This document shows positions 20,149-33,812 of a DNA stretch of 64,000 nucleotides, in pieces (position 1 is the stretch's first letter; each line of letters begins with the position of its first letter). The notes under the pieces were generated by a model. It was not told the origin of the DNA, did no database searches, and saw only the letters and a list, made by a program, of their open reading frames with translations. The translations under genes were made by a program, and so were the position numbers. This stretch comes from Gemmataceae bacterium. Its GTDB lineage: Bacteria; Planctomycetota; Planctomycetia; Gemmatales; Gemmataceae. The stretch covers positions 201,153-265,152 of the forward strand of contig JBKBIP010000001.1 in the NCBI GenBank assembly GCA_046297495.1, written 5' to 3'.

Positions 20149-22290
20149 TTACTTGGGCAGCAAATTGACGCGCGCGGGGTTGTTTTTCCAACCGGCGCGG
20201 GCGGCGAACTCGGCGGGCTTGAGCGTTTCCTGGCCATGTACCGTCTGGACCACGTAAATCAAGTCCGTGTCCTTGTCGGAAGGGGCGCGATAGTGCCCAT
20301 CGACGCTAATGATGCTGATGTGGTCCTTTTCCGCCACCAGGGAGCAACGCAGCTGAGCGTTGTTCGTTTCCCAGAAGCGAACCGTGCGGTCGTTGGTCGC
20401 GGTCACTAGCACGTTTCCATTCATGGCCGTCCCCACGTAACTCACCGCCGCCATCGCGGATATATCATGGACGACCTTGGAATCGCGGATGTCCCAGAGC
20501 TGCGCCCGGTAGTTCCCCCTACCAGAGAACACCATGAAGCCATTGGGCAACCAGGTCAAGGAAGTGATCGTGGGGGGGCTTCCCCGGCGCGACAAGCTGG
20601 CCAGCGATTGTCCGGTGGCGGCATTGTAGAGCCGGATCGCGTCGTCGCGGGTGCCGCAAGCCAAGGTTTTTCCCGAAGGCGACCAAGCCAACGATAGCAC
20701 GGGTTGATAGGCTTCGATGACACGGAGTGGTTGCAATGTGGTGCTGTTCCATAGGTGGATGTTCTGGGCCGCGTCCCCGGACGCGAGGACCGACCCCGTT
20801 GGGGACCAGGTCAACTCGGAGATAGCCCCTTTATGTCCTTGCAGGACCCCTTTCAGTTTGCCGGACGTGTCCCACAAGCGGATGACCATATCGGAGCCGC
20901 CCGAAGCCAACGTCCTGGCATCCGGCGACCAAGCCAGATGCGTGACCGCCGCCGTGTGTCCCTCCAAAGTGCTTAGGAGTTTCCCCGAACCGCCGTCCCA
21001 CAAGCGCACTGTCTTATCCGCGCCTCCCGTGGCCAATATCTTGCCGTCGCGCGACCAAGCCGCCGCATTCACGGCAGCCGTGTGACCTTCCAGCGTGTGC
21101 AACAACTGTCCCGTAGACGTATCCCACAAGGTAGGGGTAGGGGTACCAATACCATGCACCACGGGACGGCCCAACGTCCAAAGGGGAGGAGTCAGACTAC
21201 CCGCGTCGATGGCGCGCACCATTTTGGAACTGGCCACGTCCCAGACGGAAATGCGTACTGCCGAGATGGCCACGATGCGTTGTCCATCGGCACTCCAGGC
21301 ACAACGGAACGCCCCCGCCGGCAGCTTGGCCACCGTTTGCTCGGCATCCACGTCCCAGAGCAAGATAGTGCCGCGTCGATCAATCGTCGCCAACTGTTTG
21401 CCATTCGGTGACCAAGTGACGTGCGAACAATAGCCGCTCAATTTCTTCACGACCTTGCCGCTGTTCATGTCCCAAAGGGTAGTCTGTTCGCCGTTGCCGG
21501 CGGCCAGCACATTACTGGTCGGCGACCAATCAATGGTGAGAAACATGTCGGCGGGATCGCCCACGGTGCGTAGCAATTTACCCGTCTGCCAATCCACGAC
21601 TTGCACCGCGTTGGGTCGTGAGCACACCGCCACTTGTTTGCTGTCTGGCGACCAGCACAGCTCGAGGGCGTACTCCCCAATCTCGAACAGGTGTTGGTCA
21701 TCGTCGAGATCGGCGTCCCAACGCCATACCCAGCCACTGGTCCCCCCCGCAGCCGCCAGTTTCCAATTGTCCCGGGACCAGGCGACGTGAAAAGGGAAAT
21801 GCTTGAAGCCCCGAAAGACGCGCAGCGGTTGGCCGGATTTCGTGTCCCAGAGACGTACCGTGTTGTCATGCCGTCCCGCCGAGGCCAAGACGGCGCCGCA
21901 ATGCGACCAGGCCAGCCCGCGAATGTCCCCATTGTGTCCCACCAGCGCCCGCTCCAATTCGCCGGTGGTGAGGTCCCAGATACGAATGGTGCCGTCAATT
22001 CCCGCCGTGGCCACCTGGCGGCCATCGGGCTTCACGGCCAGGGACACCAATTGTCCCCGATGCCGTTGGCTCTCGATAGTCCAACTCAAGGCACCGCGGA
22101 TGCTAGGCGGCTGAGTCACAAGCGCCCAATTGCTCAACGGAGCGCCGGGCATGATATTGAGAGGTTGCTGGGTAATCGTAAGGGGTTTGACCTTGGGAGA
22201 AGCGTCCGTTTGCTGACTCCAGGCACTTCCCCCCCAACCCATGAGGCAGCAGGCCATCAGAAACATACCAAGCCGCGGGAGTCGAGACAT
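20149..22290 (-). CDS. Secreted WD40-repeat beta-propeller protein
   Basis: Signal peptide MSRLPRLGMFLMACCLMGWGGSAWSQ. Many WD40 units follow (GH...WD, e.g. IRIWD, VRLWD, IRLWD). A GGAGG RBS is present. It lies immediately downstream of the PVC cytochrome gene on the same strand. Confidence 0.8.
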   Translation of the reverse strand: MSRLPRLGMFLMACCLMGWGGSAWSQQTDASPKVKPLTITQQPLNIMPGAPLSNWALVTQPPSIRGALSWTIESQRHRGQLVSLAVKPDGRQVATAGIDGTIRIWDLTTGELERALVGHNGDIRGLAWSHCGAVLASAGRHDNTVRLWDTKSGQPLRVFRGFKHFPFHVAWSRDNWKLAAAGGTSGWVWRWDADLDDDQHLFEIGEYALELCWSPDSKQVAVCSRPNAVQVVDWQTGKLLRTVGDPADMFLTIDWSPTSNVLAAGNGEQTTLWDMNSGKVVKKLSGYCSHVTWSPNGKQLATIDRRGTILLWDVDAEQTVAKLPAGAFRCAWSADGQRIVAISAVRISVWDVASSKMVRAIDAGSLTPPLWTLGRPVVHGIGTPTPTLWDTSTGQLLHTLEGHTAAVNAAAWSRDGKILATGGADKTVRLWDGGSGKLLSTLEGHTAAVTHLAWSPDARTLASGGSDMVIRLWDTSGKLKGVLQGHKGAISELTWSPTGSVLASGDAAQNIHLWNSTTLQPLRVIEAYQPVLSLAWSPSGKTLACGTRDDAIRLYNAATGQSLASLSRRGSPPTITSLTWLPNGFMVFSGRGNYRAQLWDIRDSKVVHDISAMAAVSYVGTAMNGNVLVTATNDRTVRFWETNNAQLRCSLVAEKDHISIISVDGHYRAPSDKDTDLIYVVQTVHGQETLKPAEFAARAGWKNNPARVNLLPK

Positions 22291-22341
22291 CTCGTGCGAA
22301 CCTCCAAGGATGGGAATATGGACAGGAAATAAACATGGAAA

Positions 22342-25300
22342 TTAAGGTGCATGGACGCCCATGGGCACGGCTCCATCCAAATATCTCCAATTCTTGAGAA
22401 AAGCGAGCAAATCGGCCATTTGCTCCACCGTGATGTTTTTCTCCAACCCTTCAGGCATCAACGATTGACCGGAGGACAAGATTTCGTCAATGTCCTGACG
22501 TAAAATCACGTCCTTCTGATTGTCGCCGCGCAGCAGGGTAATGCTGGACGCGGTTTCCGAACCGATGATGCCGGTGAAAATTTTACCGTCTTTGGTAGTG
22601 ATCAGGTAGTTCACATAATTGGCATCGATGGCGGCGTTCGGGTCCAGGATGTCCAGCAGCAACATTTCCGGCGTCTTGGTGCGTGTATCGCTGATGTCGG
22701 GTCCTGCTTGCATGCCGATGCCGGCGATATGGTGACAAGCCGCACAGTTTTGGCGGAAGATCTCTTTCCCTTTGACGGCGTCCCCTTTCCGGTTCAGACT
22801 GGCCCGATAGCTTTCGATCACCTGACGGCGTTCCGCGGGGACGGCGGCGCTAAGAATCTTCTTGGCTCGCTCACGCACGGTTGACTGGCCGTGATTCAGC
22901 AATCGGCGAATGCTCAGCGGGTCCAGCTCGCGGGGAGACACGCGCCCGCCTTCCAATTCATCGAGTAAAAACGCGATCCGCGCCGGCTGGCGAAGCAAAG
23001 CACTGGCCACCTCTTGGCGAAGCGACGGCGAGTAAGTGGACCAGTTGGCGAGCAAGAGCTTGGGTATCTCCGGGGTCTGGAACGAGGACAAAGCGCGGAC
23101 AGCTTCCAAACGAATCTGAGGCAGCGGATCGCCACGCAGCAGTTTTTCCAGTGGCGCGCGCACGTCGTCGAAGGACGCATGAGCCAGCAAACGAATAGCT
23201 TCGAGCCGTTCGGCGCTGGATCGCTCCTGGTTCGAGGCCACTTGTACCGATTGGTTCAATAATTGGCGCACTTGGGTTGCCAGATGGTGTTGCGATTCGG
23301 GTAACTTGTCCAAGAAGGTTCCCAATTGCGCGCCGCGCCGTCCCATTCCCTCCGTCAGACCGATCAGGCCGGTTCGTTGCCAACGGTCGCTTTCCTTGCC
23401 GTCGATAGTCGTCAAATTCTTCAGAAATAGACCGATCTCCTCGGTATCCTGTCCTCCTCCCACCAAGGCGGCCAGTTCTTGCAACAGAGCCAGCCGTCCC
23501 TCGGACACGCGCGCCATCCATTGGTGCTTGGGCTGGAGTAACTCCACCACGAGCGCACCGGCCCGCTGAGGAATGGCGCTGGCCACCGCGTATCGAGTCC
23601 AGCGGTCCTCGGCTCCCGCCAAGGCAATCGCGGCCAGAGCCGGTACGATGCGATCATCGTTCCATTCCCCCAAGCTCAAGGCTACCTGAAACCGCAGCCG
23701 GGCGTCCGTGTCCTCGGCTAACTCCAATACCTGTTGGCGCAAGGAGGCGGACTTCACCAATCGAGGTTCCGCGAGTAGGACGCCGTGTTCCCGAACGCGG
23801 GGGTGCTCATGACGTAACAACTCCAGGATCACCACCTCTTCTAATGCTCCCAGGGAATGAAGCAGCCAGGCGGCGTGCATCCGGGCCAGCGGTTGGGGAG
23901 AGGTGGTCGCCAAGCGGCGCAAGGGGGCCACGGCGGCGGGGTCCTGTCGTTCCAGCAGCAACCTTTGGGCGGTGGTACGCCACCAGACGTCCGCATGTTC
24001 CAACAAGGACGCCAATTGCTCGATGGACGCGCCGCTCAAGGCGGGACGCACCCCCTTGGTCTGGTGTTTCTCCGGCACGATCCGCCAGATACGGCCCCTG
24101 TCCTTGCCGAGCCACAAGTCGGGGCGATTTTTCAATTCCACCGGCATGAAGTCGGGATGTTCGATCACCGCCCGGTACATGTCCACGACATACAAGGCGC
24201 CATCGGGACCGTGGGACAGAAACACGGGCCGGCACCAATCGTCCGGGGTCGCCAGGAACTCGCTTTTCTCGAACGTGGGATAGGAACGGAAGGTGGCGCC
24301 CCGTGCCTCGAAGCGTTCTTGATGGACCAAGTTACCCGTCGGATCGCAGGTGAAGACGGTGCCGCGTTGTTCGGGAGGTAACAAGTTGCCTCGGTAGATG
24401 AAGACCCCACAAGCGGCGGTGAATTGGCCCGCGTGTAAGTTGGATGTGGTCCAATTTTGACTCAAGGGATAAATCCGACCTCCGGAGTTCAACTTCCCGT
24501 CCGGCAGAATGGAGGTATCCTCCACGACAGCGGGTACCGCCAGCAGCGGGTTGCGGTGCAGGTAGCGATTCTCCAAGACCACGTGCCGCAGATGATGGCG
24601 ATTGTCGCAGACAAAGCGTTGTCCCCAATCATCGAAGGTGTTGCCGAACTGTCCCATGCCGGAGATGGCTTCGGCCCGATCGGCAATGACATCGAAGCGG
24701 AAATCCATGCCGCTCAGGTTGATCGGTTGAGCGTCCTTTTGGCCACTCCGAATCACCTGACCACCGCGCAGCCCGTTGGTGACGTAAATCCAATTATCGA
24801 TGCCGAGCAGTGGATGACTGACACGCAATTGCGGATTCTGTTCGGCGAACCCTTCGTAGAGGACTTCGCGCCCATCCGCCCGGCCATCGCCGGTGCTGTC
24901 GCGTAAATAGAGAATGTGCGGGGCCGCCGTCACGATGACGCCCCTCTTCCACGGCAACAGACCATTGGCGAACAACAGGCCATCGGCGAAGATGCTGCTC
25001 TGTTCGTAGTAACCGTCTCCGTCCCGATCTTCCAAGACGCGGATGCGTCCCTGCGGCGGTTGTCCTGGGGTGGGGCCGTTGGGGTAATCCCGCATCTCGA
25101 CGACCCAAAGTTTGCCGTCCTCATCGAAGGCCATGGCCACGGGGCTTTCGATGTTCGGCTCGGCGGCAACCAGCTCGATCCGCAAGCCCGGCGCGACGCG
25201 GAACTGCTTCACTGCATCCGCTGGCGACAGCGGCCCGGTTACTGGCTTGACCTTGACATTATCCGTATCCGCCGCCATCAACCAGAGTGCCGGGAGGGCA

Positions 25301-25455
25301 AGTAGTAACATGCTCACGCCAAAGAAAAAGCAATACACCAACCTGGCGAACGGAGGCCGTAAGGCCCTTGGTATCGCCCCACAATCGGCGGCCTCACGGC
25401 CCCCGCTCGCTGGTATTCGGATGAATGCTTTTTGGGGTGCGACGAAGTGCGCCAT
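22342..25455 (-). CDS. PVC-type putative membrane-bound dehydrogenase domain / HEAT-repeat / c-type cytochrome protein
   Basis: A hydrophobic N-terminal segment is followed by VAPGLRIELVAAEPNIESPVAMAFDEDGKLWVVEM, the dehydrogenase-domain signature. HEAT-like repeats follow. The C-terminus carries CAACHHIAGIG...DILDPNAAID...LMPEGLEKN, a CxxCH cytochrome c domain. The AGGAGAG RBS before the ATG at 25455 supports the long start. An alternative start is at 25311. Confidence 0.8.
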   Translation of the reverse strand: MAHFVAPQKAFIRIPASGGREAADCGAIPRALRPPFARLVYCFFFGVSMLLLALPALWLMAADTDNVKVKPVTGPLSPADAVKQFRVAPGLRIELVAAEPNIESPVAMAFDEDGKLWVVEMRDYPNGPTPGQPPQGRIRVLEDRDGDGYYEQSSIFADGLLFANGLLPWKRGVIVTAAPHILYLRDSTGDGRADGREVLYEGFAEQNPQLRVSHPLLGIDNWIYVTNGLRGGQVIRSGQKDAQPINLSGMDFRFDVIADRAEAISGMGQFGNTFDDWGQRFVCDNRHHLRHVVLENRYLHRNPLLAVPAVVEDTSILPDGKLNSGGRIYPLSQNWTTSNLHAGQFTAACGVFIYRGNLLPPEQRGTVFTCDPTGNLVHQERFEARGATFRSYPTFEKSEFLATPDDWCRPVFLSHGPDGALYVVDMYRAVIEHPDFMPVELKNRPDLWLGKDRGRIWRIVPEKHQTKGVRPALSGASIEQLASLLEHADVWWRTTAQRLLLERQDPAAVAPLRRLATTSPQPLARMHAAWLLHSLGALEEVVILELLRHEHPRVREHGVLLAEPRLVKSASLRQQVLELAEDTDARLRFQVALSLGEWNDDRIVPALAAIALAGAEDRWTRYAVASAIPQRAGALVVELLQPKHQWMARVSEGRLALLQELAALVGGGQDTEEIGLFLKNLTTIDGKESDRWQRTGLIGLTEGMGRRGAQLGTFLDKLPESQHHLATQVRQLLNQSVQVASNQERSSAERLEAIRLLAHASFDDVRAPLEKLLRGDPLPQIRLEAVRALSSFQTPEIPKLLLANWSTYSPSLRQEVASALLRQPARIAFLLDELEGGRVSPRELDPLSIRRLLNHGQSTVRERAKKILSAAVPAERRQVIESYRASLNRKGDAVKGKEIFRQNCAACHHIAGIGMQAGPDISDTRTKTPEMLLLDILDPNAAIDANYVNYLITTKDGKIFTGIIGSETASSITLLRGDNQKDVILRQDIDEILSSGQSLMPEGLEKNITVEQMADLLAFLKNWRYLDGAVPMGVHAP

Positions 25456-25715
25456 CCGCGCTCTCCTATGGGGATTAGCCTGAAATTGATTGGGATATTG
25501 TGCTATTGAGTGTAGCCGGTGTTCGGCGCGGCGGCAAGGAATTACGCCTATCGACTATTAGAAGTCGAAAAATGCTTCGTGGGCTAGGATTCCTCATCCT
25601 GACCGGGATGGTCAGAATCGGCATCCTAACCCACGTTGCGGGAGCGAGCGGTTTTGGGTGGGCTCATTGCGCACGAATCGATGAATCCATCTGTTCATCG
25701 AAAGCGAGCCATTTT

Positions 25716-27473
25716 TTACCCCTTGGGCGGCAGTGGGGCCTCCGCGCGAGCTTGCTCACGGGCTTGCTCTGGAGAGCTGGTTTCCGGGCGATGGTTCTCT
25801 TGACGTTGTCCTTCGGGCGTCAACTTGGCGATGTAGTCGGGCAGCTCGACGCCGCCGATGTCCTTGAGAATCTGCATCATCGGCGGCATGGTGCGGGCCA
25901 TGCTTTGCAGGAATTGGGCGGTATTGCCGACGCCGGTGCCGTTCGTCGAGCCGTTGCCATTCTCCCAGACGATGACCTTGTCGAACTTGATGTTGGAGAT
26001 GGCCTGGGCGGCGGTTTCGGCCAGCTTGTCGAGATGTTCGAGCATGAGCAGCTGGAAGGCCTGTTGGGCGCCGCCGCAGGCATCGATGATGCGCTGCAAG
26101 CCATCCCCCTTCTTGGCCAAAATTTCGTATTGGCCGCGGGCCTCGGCATCGAGTTTGGCGAAGATGGCCGACGCTTCCCCTTCGGCCTCGATGCGCTGCT
26201 TTTCGGCGGCGGCTTCGGCCTCGATGATGGTTTTAGCCTTTTCAGCTTTGGCCGGCGCTTCCAGGACAGCTCGGCGTTCGGCTTCAATTTTTTCCGCCTC
26301 AGCCAAGGCGGCCTTGGCCATGGCCCGGTTCTGGGCTTCAAGCACCGCTGCTTCCGCCTCGCGCTTGCGGGTTTCGCCCAGCTGGTAGGCTTCCGCTTCC
26401 TTGACTTTCAAGGATGCCATCGAGTTGGCGATCTCGGCCTTGGCCTCGTTTTCGCCGGATACGGCCTTGGCGTTGGCATCGGCCACGGCGATACGCATTT
26501 CGCGTTCGTTGTTCTTGATCTGGGCTTCCTTTTCGAAGGCCGCCTTCTGCTCGCCGACGCGCTGTTCCTTGTCCAGCTCGGCGATGCGCACCGCCTGTTC
26601 GCGCTGGGCCTGTTTGATCAAGGCATCCCGTTCGTAAGCGGCTTTTTCCTCGCCGTATTTCTGTTCCTTTTCCAGGTTAGCCAAGTTGACCATCTGATCG
26701 CGCATGGCTACGCGGGTGCCGATCTCGCGTTCCTTCTGGGCGTTGGCGACCTGGATGGCCCGTTCGCGCTCCGCCTCGGCGACGCCGATTTGCCCCATTT
26801 TCTCCTGTTGGGCCACGTCCACGGCAGCCTGTTGCACTGCTTGCGAGGCGGCCTTGCGGCCGATGGCTTCAATATAACCGGATTCGTCGGTGATGTCGGT
26901 GATATTGACATTGAGCAATACCAAGCCGATTTTCTTCAACTCCGGTTCGAGAGATTTTTGGATGTTCTCCAAGAACGAATCGCGATCGCGGTTGATTTCC
27001 TCGATGCGCATCGAGGCAATCACTTGACGTAGCTGGCCGAAGATGATGTCGCCGGCTTGCTGCTTGATCTCATCGACGGTCAGGTGCAGCAAGCGGTGTG
27101 AGGCGTTGCCCATGACCTCGCGATCGGTGCCGATAGCCACGGTGAAGATGCTGGGCACGTTGACGCGAATGTTCTCCATCGACAACGCCCCCTTGAGGGG
27201 AATTTCAATCTGGATCGGCTCCAGGCTGAGATAGTCATAGCGCTGCACGATGGGCCAGACGAAGGCAGCGCCGCCGTGGATGCACTCCGACGCGCTTCCC
27301 CCTCGAACTTTACCAGAAATCACCATGACCTGGTTGGATGGGCAGATCTTGTAACGATTGACCACCAGCATCAAGATGCTGACACAGCCCAAACCCAAGG
27401 CGATGATCGCCAAGGCGAGCCAGGGATTGATCGGGAGGCTGGACTCGGCGGCAAACATAGTGAGATTAAGCAT
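25716..27473 (-). CDS. Flotillin (SPFH/band-7 family, YqiK/FloA-like)
   Basis: Begins MLNLTMFAAESSLPINPWLALAIIALGL (TM segment), then an SPFH domain and a long EA-rich flotillin repeat region (AEAERERAIQVANAQKEREIG..., AEAEKIEAERRAVLEAPAKAEKAKTIIEAEAAAEKQRIEAEGEA). The AAAGGA RBS sits 7 nt before the ATG at 27473. The ORF-track start at 27620 is too long. Confidence 0.85.
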   Translation of the reverse strand: MLNLTMFAAESSLPINPWLALAIIALGLGCVSILMLVVNRYKICPSNQVMVISGKVRGGSASECIHGGAAFVWPIVQRYDYLSLEPIQIEIPLKGALSMENIRVNVPSIFTVAIGTDREVMGNASHRLLHLTVDEIKQQAGDIIFGQLRQVIASMRIEEINRDRDSFLENIQKSLEPELKKIGLVLLNVNITDITDESGYIEAIGRKAASQAVQQAAVDVAQQEKMGQIGVAEAERERAIQVANAQKEREIGTRVAMRDQMVNLANLEKEQKYGEEKAAYERDALIKQAQREQAVRIAELDKEQRVGEQKAAFEKEAQIKNNEREMRIAVADANAKAVSGENEAKAEIANSMASLKVKEAEAYQLGETRKREAEAAVLEAQNRAMAKAALAEAEKIEAERRAVLEAPAKAEKAKTIIEAEAAAEKQRIEAEGEASAIFAKLDAEARGQYEILAKKGDGLQRIIDACGGAQQAFQLLMLEHLDKLAETAAQAISNIKFDKVIVWENGNGSTNGTGVGNTAQFLQSMARTMPPMMQILKDIGGVELPDYIAKLTPEGQRQENHRPETSSPEQAREQARAEAPLPPKG

Positions 27474-28080
27474 GAATGGTCCTTTCGGTTTCGGCTTCGA
27501 CCAAGGGTGCGACTTCGAGAGTATCGGAATTGACCACCCCCACGACGATGATCTTGGCGCCGGTCGGCAAAGCATCGTGGTTGGTGACGGCTTGAAATTC
27601 CACTGAACGGTTTTGCACACTGACAGTCACTTTTCCTACCCCTTCGCGGTGGCCAGGGATGCGCAAATACACCGTGCCCGGTTCGCCGACTGTACGTTCG
27701 ATGCGCACGGTGCCGTCGGACCGAAGCTGGTGCAGCGATTTCATGACCCAAGCAACCAGGAACATGGCGCCCGCGCCGGCGGCGACCGCCAGCACGAATG
27801 TCACGGGGGATGACCATGCAGAGGTGCTCCCCATCATGCCGATCAGGCCAAAAAAGGTCAGGGCCGCGACCACCGTGCGGAACGTGAGCACGCCGACGAA
27901 CCAGCCCCCGTGCCCTGCGCCGTGATGGTCGTGACCGTCGCTGGTATGAATATCATGGGTGTCGCCGACGGACGCATCCCCGCCATCATGGTCGCCGCCC
28001 ACCCCCAGGACGCTCAACAGAAATTGACCCACTAAGATCGTGCCGCCCAAGATGGCGCAAATGAGGTAAACTGTTTCCAT
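27466..28080 (-). CDS. NfeD-like membrane protein (YqiJ-type partner of flotillin) with a His/Asp-rich insert
   Basis: N-terminal TM helices and a C-terminal OB-fold-like region (TVRIERTVGEPGTVYLRIPG...GAKIIVVGVVNSDTLEV). It overlaps the flotillin start by 8 nt. The insert GDHDGGDASVGDTHDIHTSDGHDHHGAGHGG lies between TM segments. Confidence 0.7.
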   Translation of the reverse strand: METVYLICAILGGTILVGQFLLSVLGVGGDHDGGDASVGDTHDIHTSDGHDHHGAGHGGWFVGVLTFRTVVAALTFFGLIGMMGSTSAWSSPVTFVLAVAAGAGAMFLVAWVMKSLHQLRSDGTVRIERTVGEPGTVYLRIPGHREGVGKVTVSVQNRSVEFQAVTNHDALPTGAKIIVVGVVNSDTLEVAPLVEAETERTIHA

Positions 28081-28333
28081 GTTTGCATCTCCGACGTGCG
28101 GATGGGATCGGTGATCGGTTCCCTCGATAGAGGGGATTTTGTTCGTTTATCATCCCCCATCGCATCAAGGATTGTCAATGAAAATTTTCTCTACCCAACC
28201 AGATATTCGAGAAGGCGCGGCGGGCATTTAATTTGACTTGTATTTTTGATTCGTCCAACGGCGCGGTTCGCTTGCCGGGCGCCGATGAGCCGTTCGCGGT
28301 TGCGTGATGTTGAAGTGAAAGCGCGTGCGGTGC

Positions 28334-29641
28334 TCATCCCGCCGCGCGCCGCGGATCAGGTCGGGTTCGTAGCAAACCGTGCAGCAGATCCAAGGTCCGC
28401 TCGGTGGCCCCTTGCTGCCGTAGCACGTAGTCCCGCGCGGCGCTGCCCAGACGTTGACGTTCTTGAGGATCACGGCACAACTGTTCGATTACCTTCGCCA
28501 GTTCGGCGGCGTCGGTGATTTGGCGGGCAGCGCCAGCCTGCACTAGCTGGGCGGCGATGTGGCGGAAGTTCCAGACGTGTGAGCCGAAGACAACAGCGGC
28601 CCCGTAAGCGGCAGGTTCGAGCATGTTCTGGCCGCCACGCTTGCCATCCATGCTCCCCCCCACAAACGCAACATCCGCCAAGCCCCACAACGCCCCCAAT
28701 TCACCGATGGTGTCCACCAGAACGAGGTCGGTAGGTTCAAGGAGGGGATCGGTCAGCGCGCTGCGTCGGACATACGGATGTCCAAATCGATTCAGCAAGC
28801 CCGCCACTTCGTCAAAGCGGTCACGCTGACGGGGCACCAGAAACAGACGCAGCGCGGGGAAATGCGGCTTCAGCTGGCGAAAAATGGCAAGGACATGTTC
28901 CTCTTCCGGGGTCTGCGTGCTGCCGGCGATCCAGATAATATCATCAGCCGTGACATGAAATAGCTGGCGTAGCGCTTCGGTGCGCGGGTTATGCCGATCC
29001 GATGTCACGCCATCGAACTTGACTGATCCAGTGATATGGACTCGCCATGCATCCACTCCCAACGCCCGATACGCCTCGGCGTACTCTTCGTTCTGGGCGG
29101 CGATCAGATCGAGTTTCGGAAACGGTACCGGCAGCCACCGGCCCAGCAGCTCGTAATGCCGCCAGCTGCGTGGACTGATCCGGCCATTGATGACAGCGAT
29201 TTTTACTCCCTGTTGTTTGGCGCTGTGCACGAAATTGGGCCAGGCTTCCCCCTCGGCCAACACGACAAGCTCCGGCCGCACGCGCCGCAGCGCCCGTCGC
29301 ACGGTCCAGGTGAAATCGAGCGGCCAATAAAAGACCGGCAGATCAGGAAAATGTTTCTCGGCTTCCGCGTACCCCGTGTCAGTCGTCGTTGAGACCACGA
29401 CTTGCCAGGTCGGCAAGCGCTGCCGAAACCGCGCCACCACCGGCCGCAACAGATGAATTTCGCCGACGCTGACCCCATGAAACCACACACACGGCCGCCG
29501 ATCCGGATTCCGCCACGCCAGCCCCCAGAACTTGCGCCCCATCCCCCGGCGATATTTCCCGGTGGTCAACGCCTTGTAGATCAACCAGGGGGAAATCAGG
29601 AGGATGATGAATAGATAGACGAGATTAAGCAGGTAGGGCAT
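28334..29641 (-). CDS. waaA: 3-deoxy-D-manno-octulosonic acid (Kdo) transferase
   Basis: N-terminal membrane anchor, then the WFHGVSVGE motif and overall length and architecture matching KdtA/WaaA (GT30). Confidence 0.8.
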   Translation of the reverse strand: MPYLLNLVYLFIILLISPWLIYKALTTGKYRRGMGRKFWGLAWRNPDRRPCVWFHGVSVGEIHLLRPVVARFRQRLPTWQVVVSTTTDTGYAEAEKHFPDLPVFYWPLDFTWTVRRALRRVRPELVVLAEGEAWPNFVHSAKQQGVKIAVINGRISPRSWRHYELLGRWLPVPFPKLDLIAAQNEEYAEAYRALGVDAWRVHITGSVKFDGVTSDRHNPRTEALRQLFHVTADDIIWIAGSTQTPEEEHVLAIFRQLKPHFPALRLFLVPRQRDRFDEVAGLLNRFGHPYVRRSALTDPLLEPTDLVLVDTIGELGALWGLADVAFVGGSMDGKRGGQNMLEPAAYGAAVVFGSHVWNFRHIAAQLVQAGAARQITDAAELAKVIEQLCRDPQERQRLGSAARDYVLRQQGATERTLDLLHGLLRTRPDPRRAAG

Positions 29642-29658
29642 GGGAGTCCTTTCCCAAC

Positions 29659-29725
29659 GGTTAGCGACGCTTCGCGGAAGCGTTGCATTTGCCGCAGGTG
29701 GCGCTTCCGCGAAGCGTCGCTAGCC
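29659..29725. repeat. Inverted repeat with 24-bp arms (palindromic element) between secA and waaA
   Basis: Arms ggttagcgacgcttcgcggaagcg (29659-29682) and cgcttccgcgaagcgtcgctagcc (29702-29725) match at 23 of 24 positions when reverse-complemented. The loop is 19 nt. A partial copy of one arm, ctgcgaagcgtcgctaacc, occurs at 38172-38190. Confidence 0.8.
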
Positions 29726-29732
29726 ACTGTAA

Positions 29733-29752
29733 TTCAAAAAGCGGATAACCCC
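29733..29752 (-). terminator. Rho-independent terminator downstream of secA
   Basis: On the minus strand the sequence reads GAGCAGCGGGGTTATCCGCTTTTTG: a GCGG/CCGC stem followed by a T5 run, immediately after the secA stop. Confidence 0.5.
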
Positions 29753-29757
29753 GCTGC

Positions 29758-33441
<3,684 letters not shown>

Positions 33442-33812
33442 GGTTCACGGACCTCCGCAGGCCGACTCCTGGCATAAAGTGAGCGTTGGGGCGCCTTGTT
33501 GGTGGGAACTCCCTCTCGCCATCGTAAAAGGGGTCATCCCACGGGTCAATACGGACCACTCCCATACCTTCTGGGGGCAAGGATGGGTTCTTCTCTCATC
33601 CTATGATGAGAAGGACAACGAACGGCAGGATTCTCGCTGGGTGTTTGGTGATTTCCGCCCCCTAGGCGCCTGCGTGGCAGGGTAAAGTTCGCCGCTCACC
33701 ACCACGATATTCCCCCAAACCCGCAACCGCCCCTCTCCCAACCGCTCGCAACTTCCCCCTCGTTCCGCTAGAATCACCCCTAAGCCGAATTTCCATCGCC
33801 AAGGAGTTTCAC

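Noticed and set aside
33442-33812. Imperfect inverted repeat cttctctcatc / gatgagaagg in the secA / amidohydrolase divergent region
   Set aside because: Only about 9 bp and imperfect. It is too weak to call a regulatory site without more evidence.
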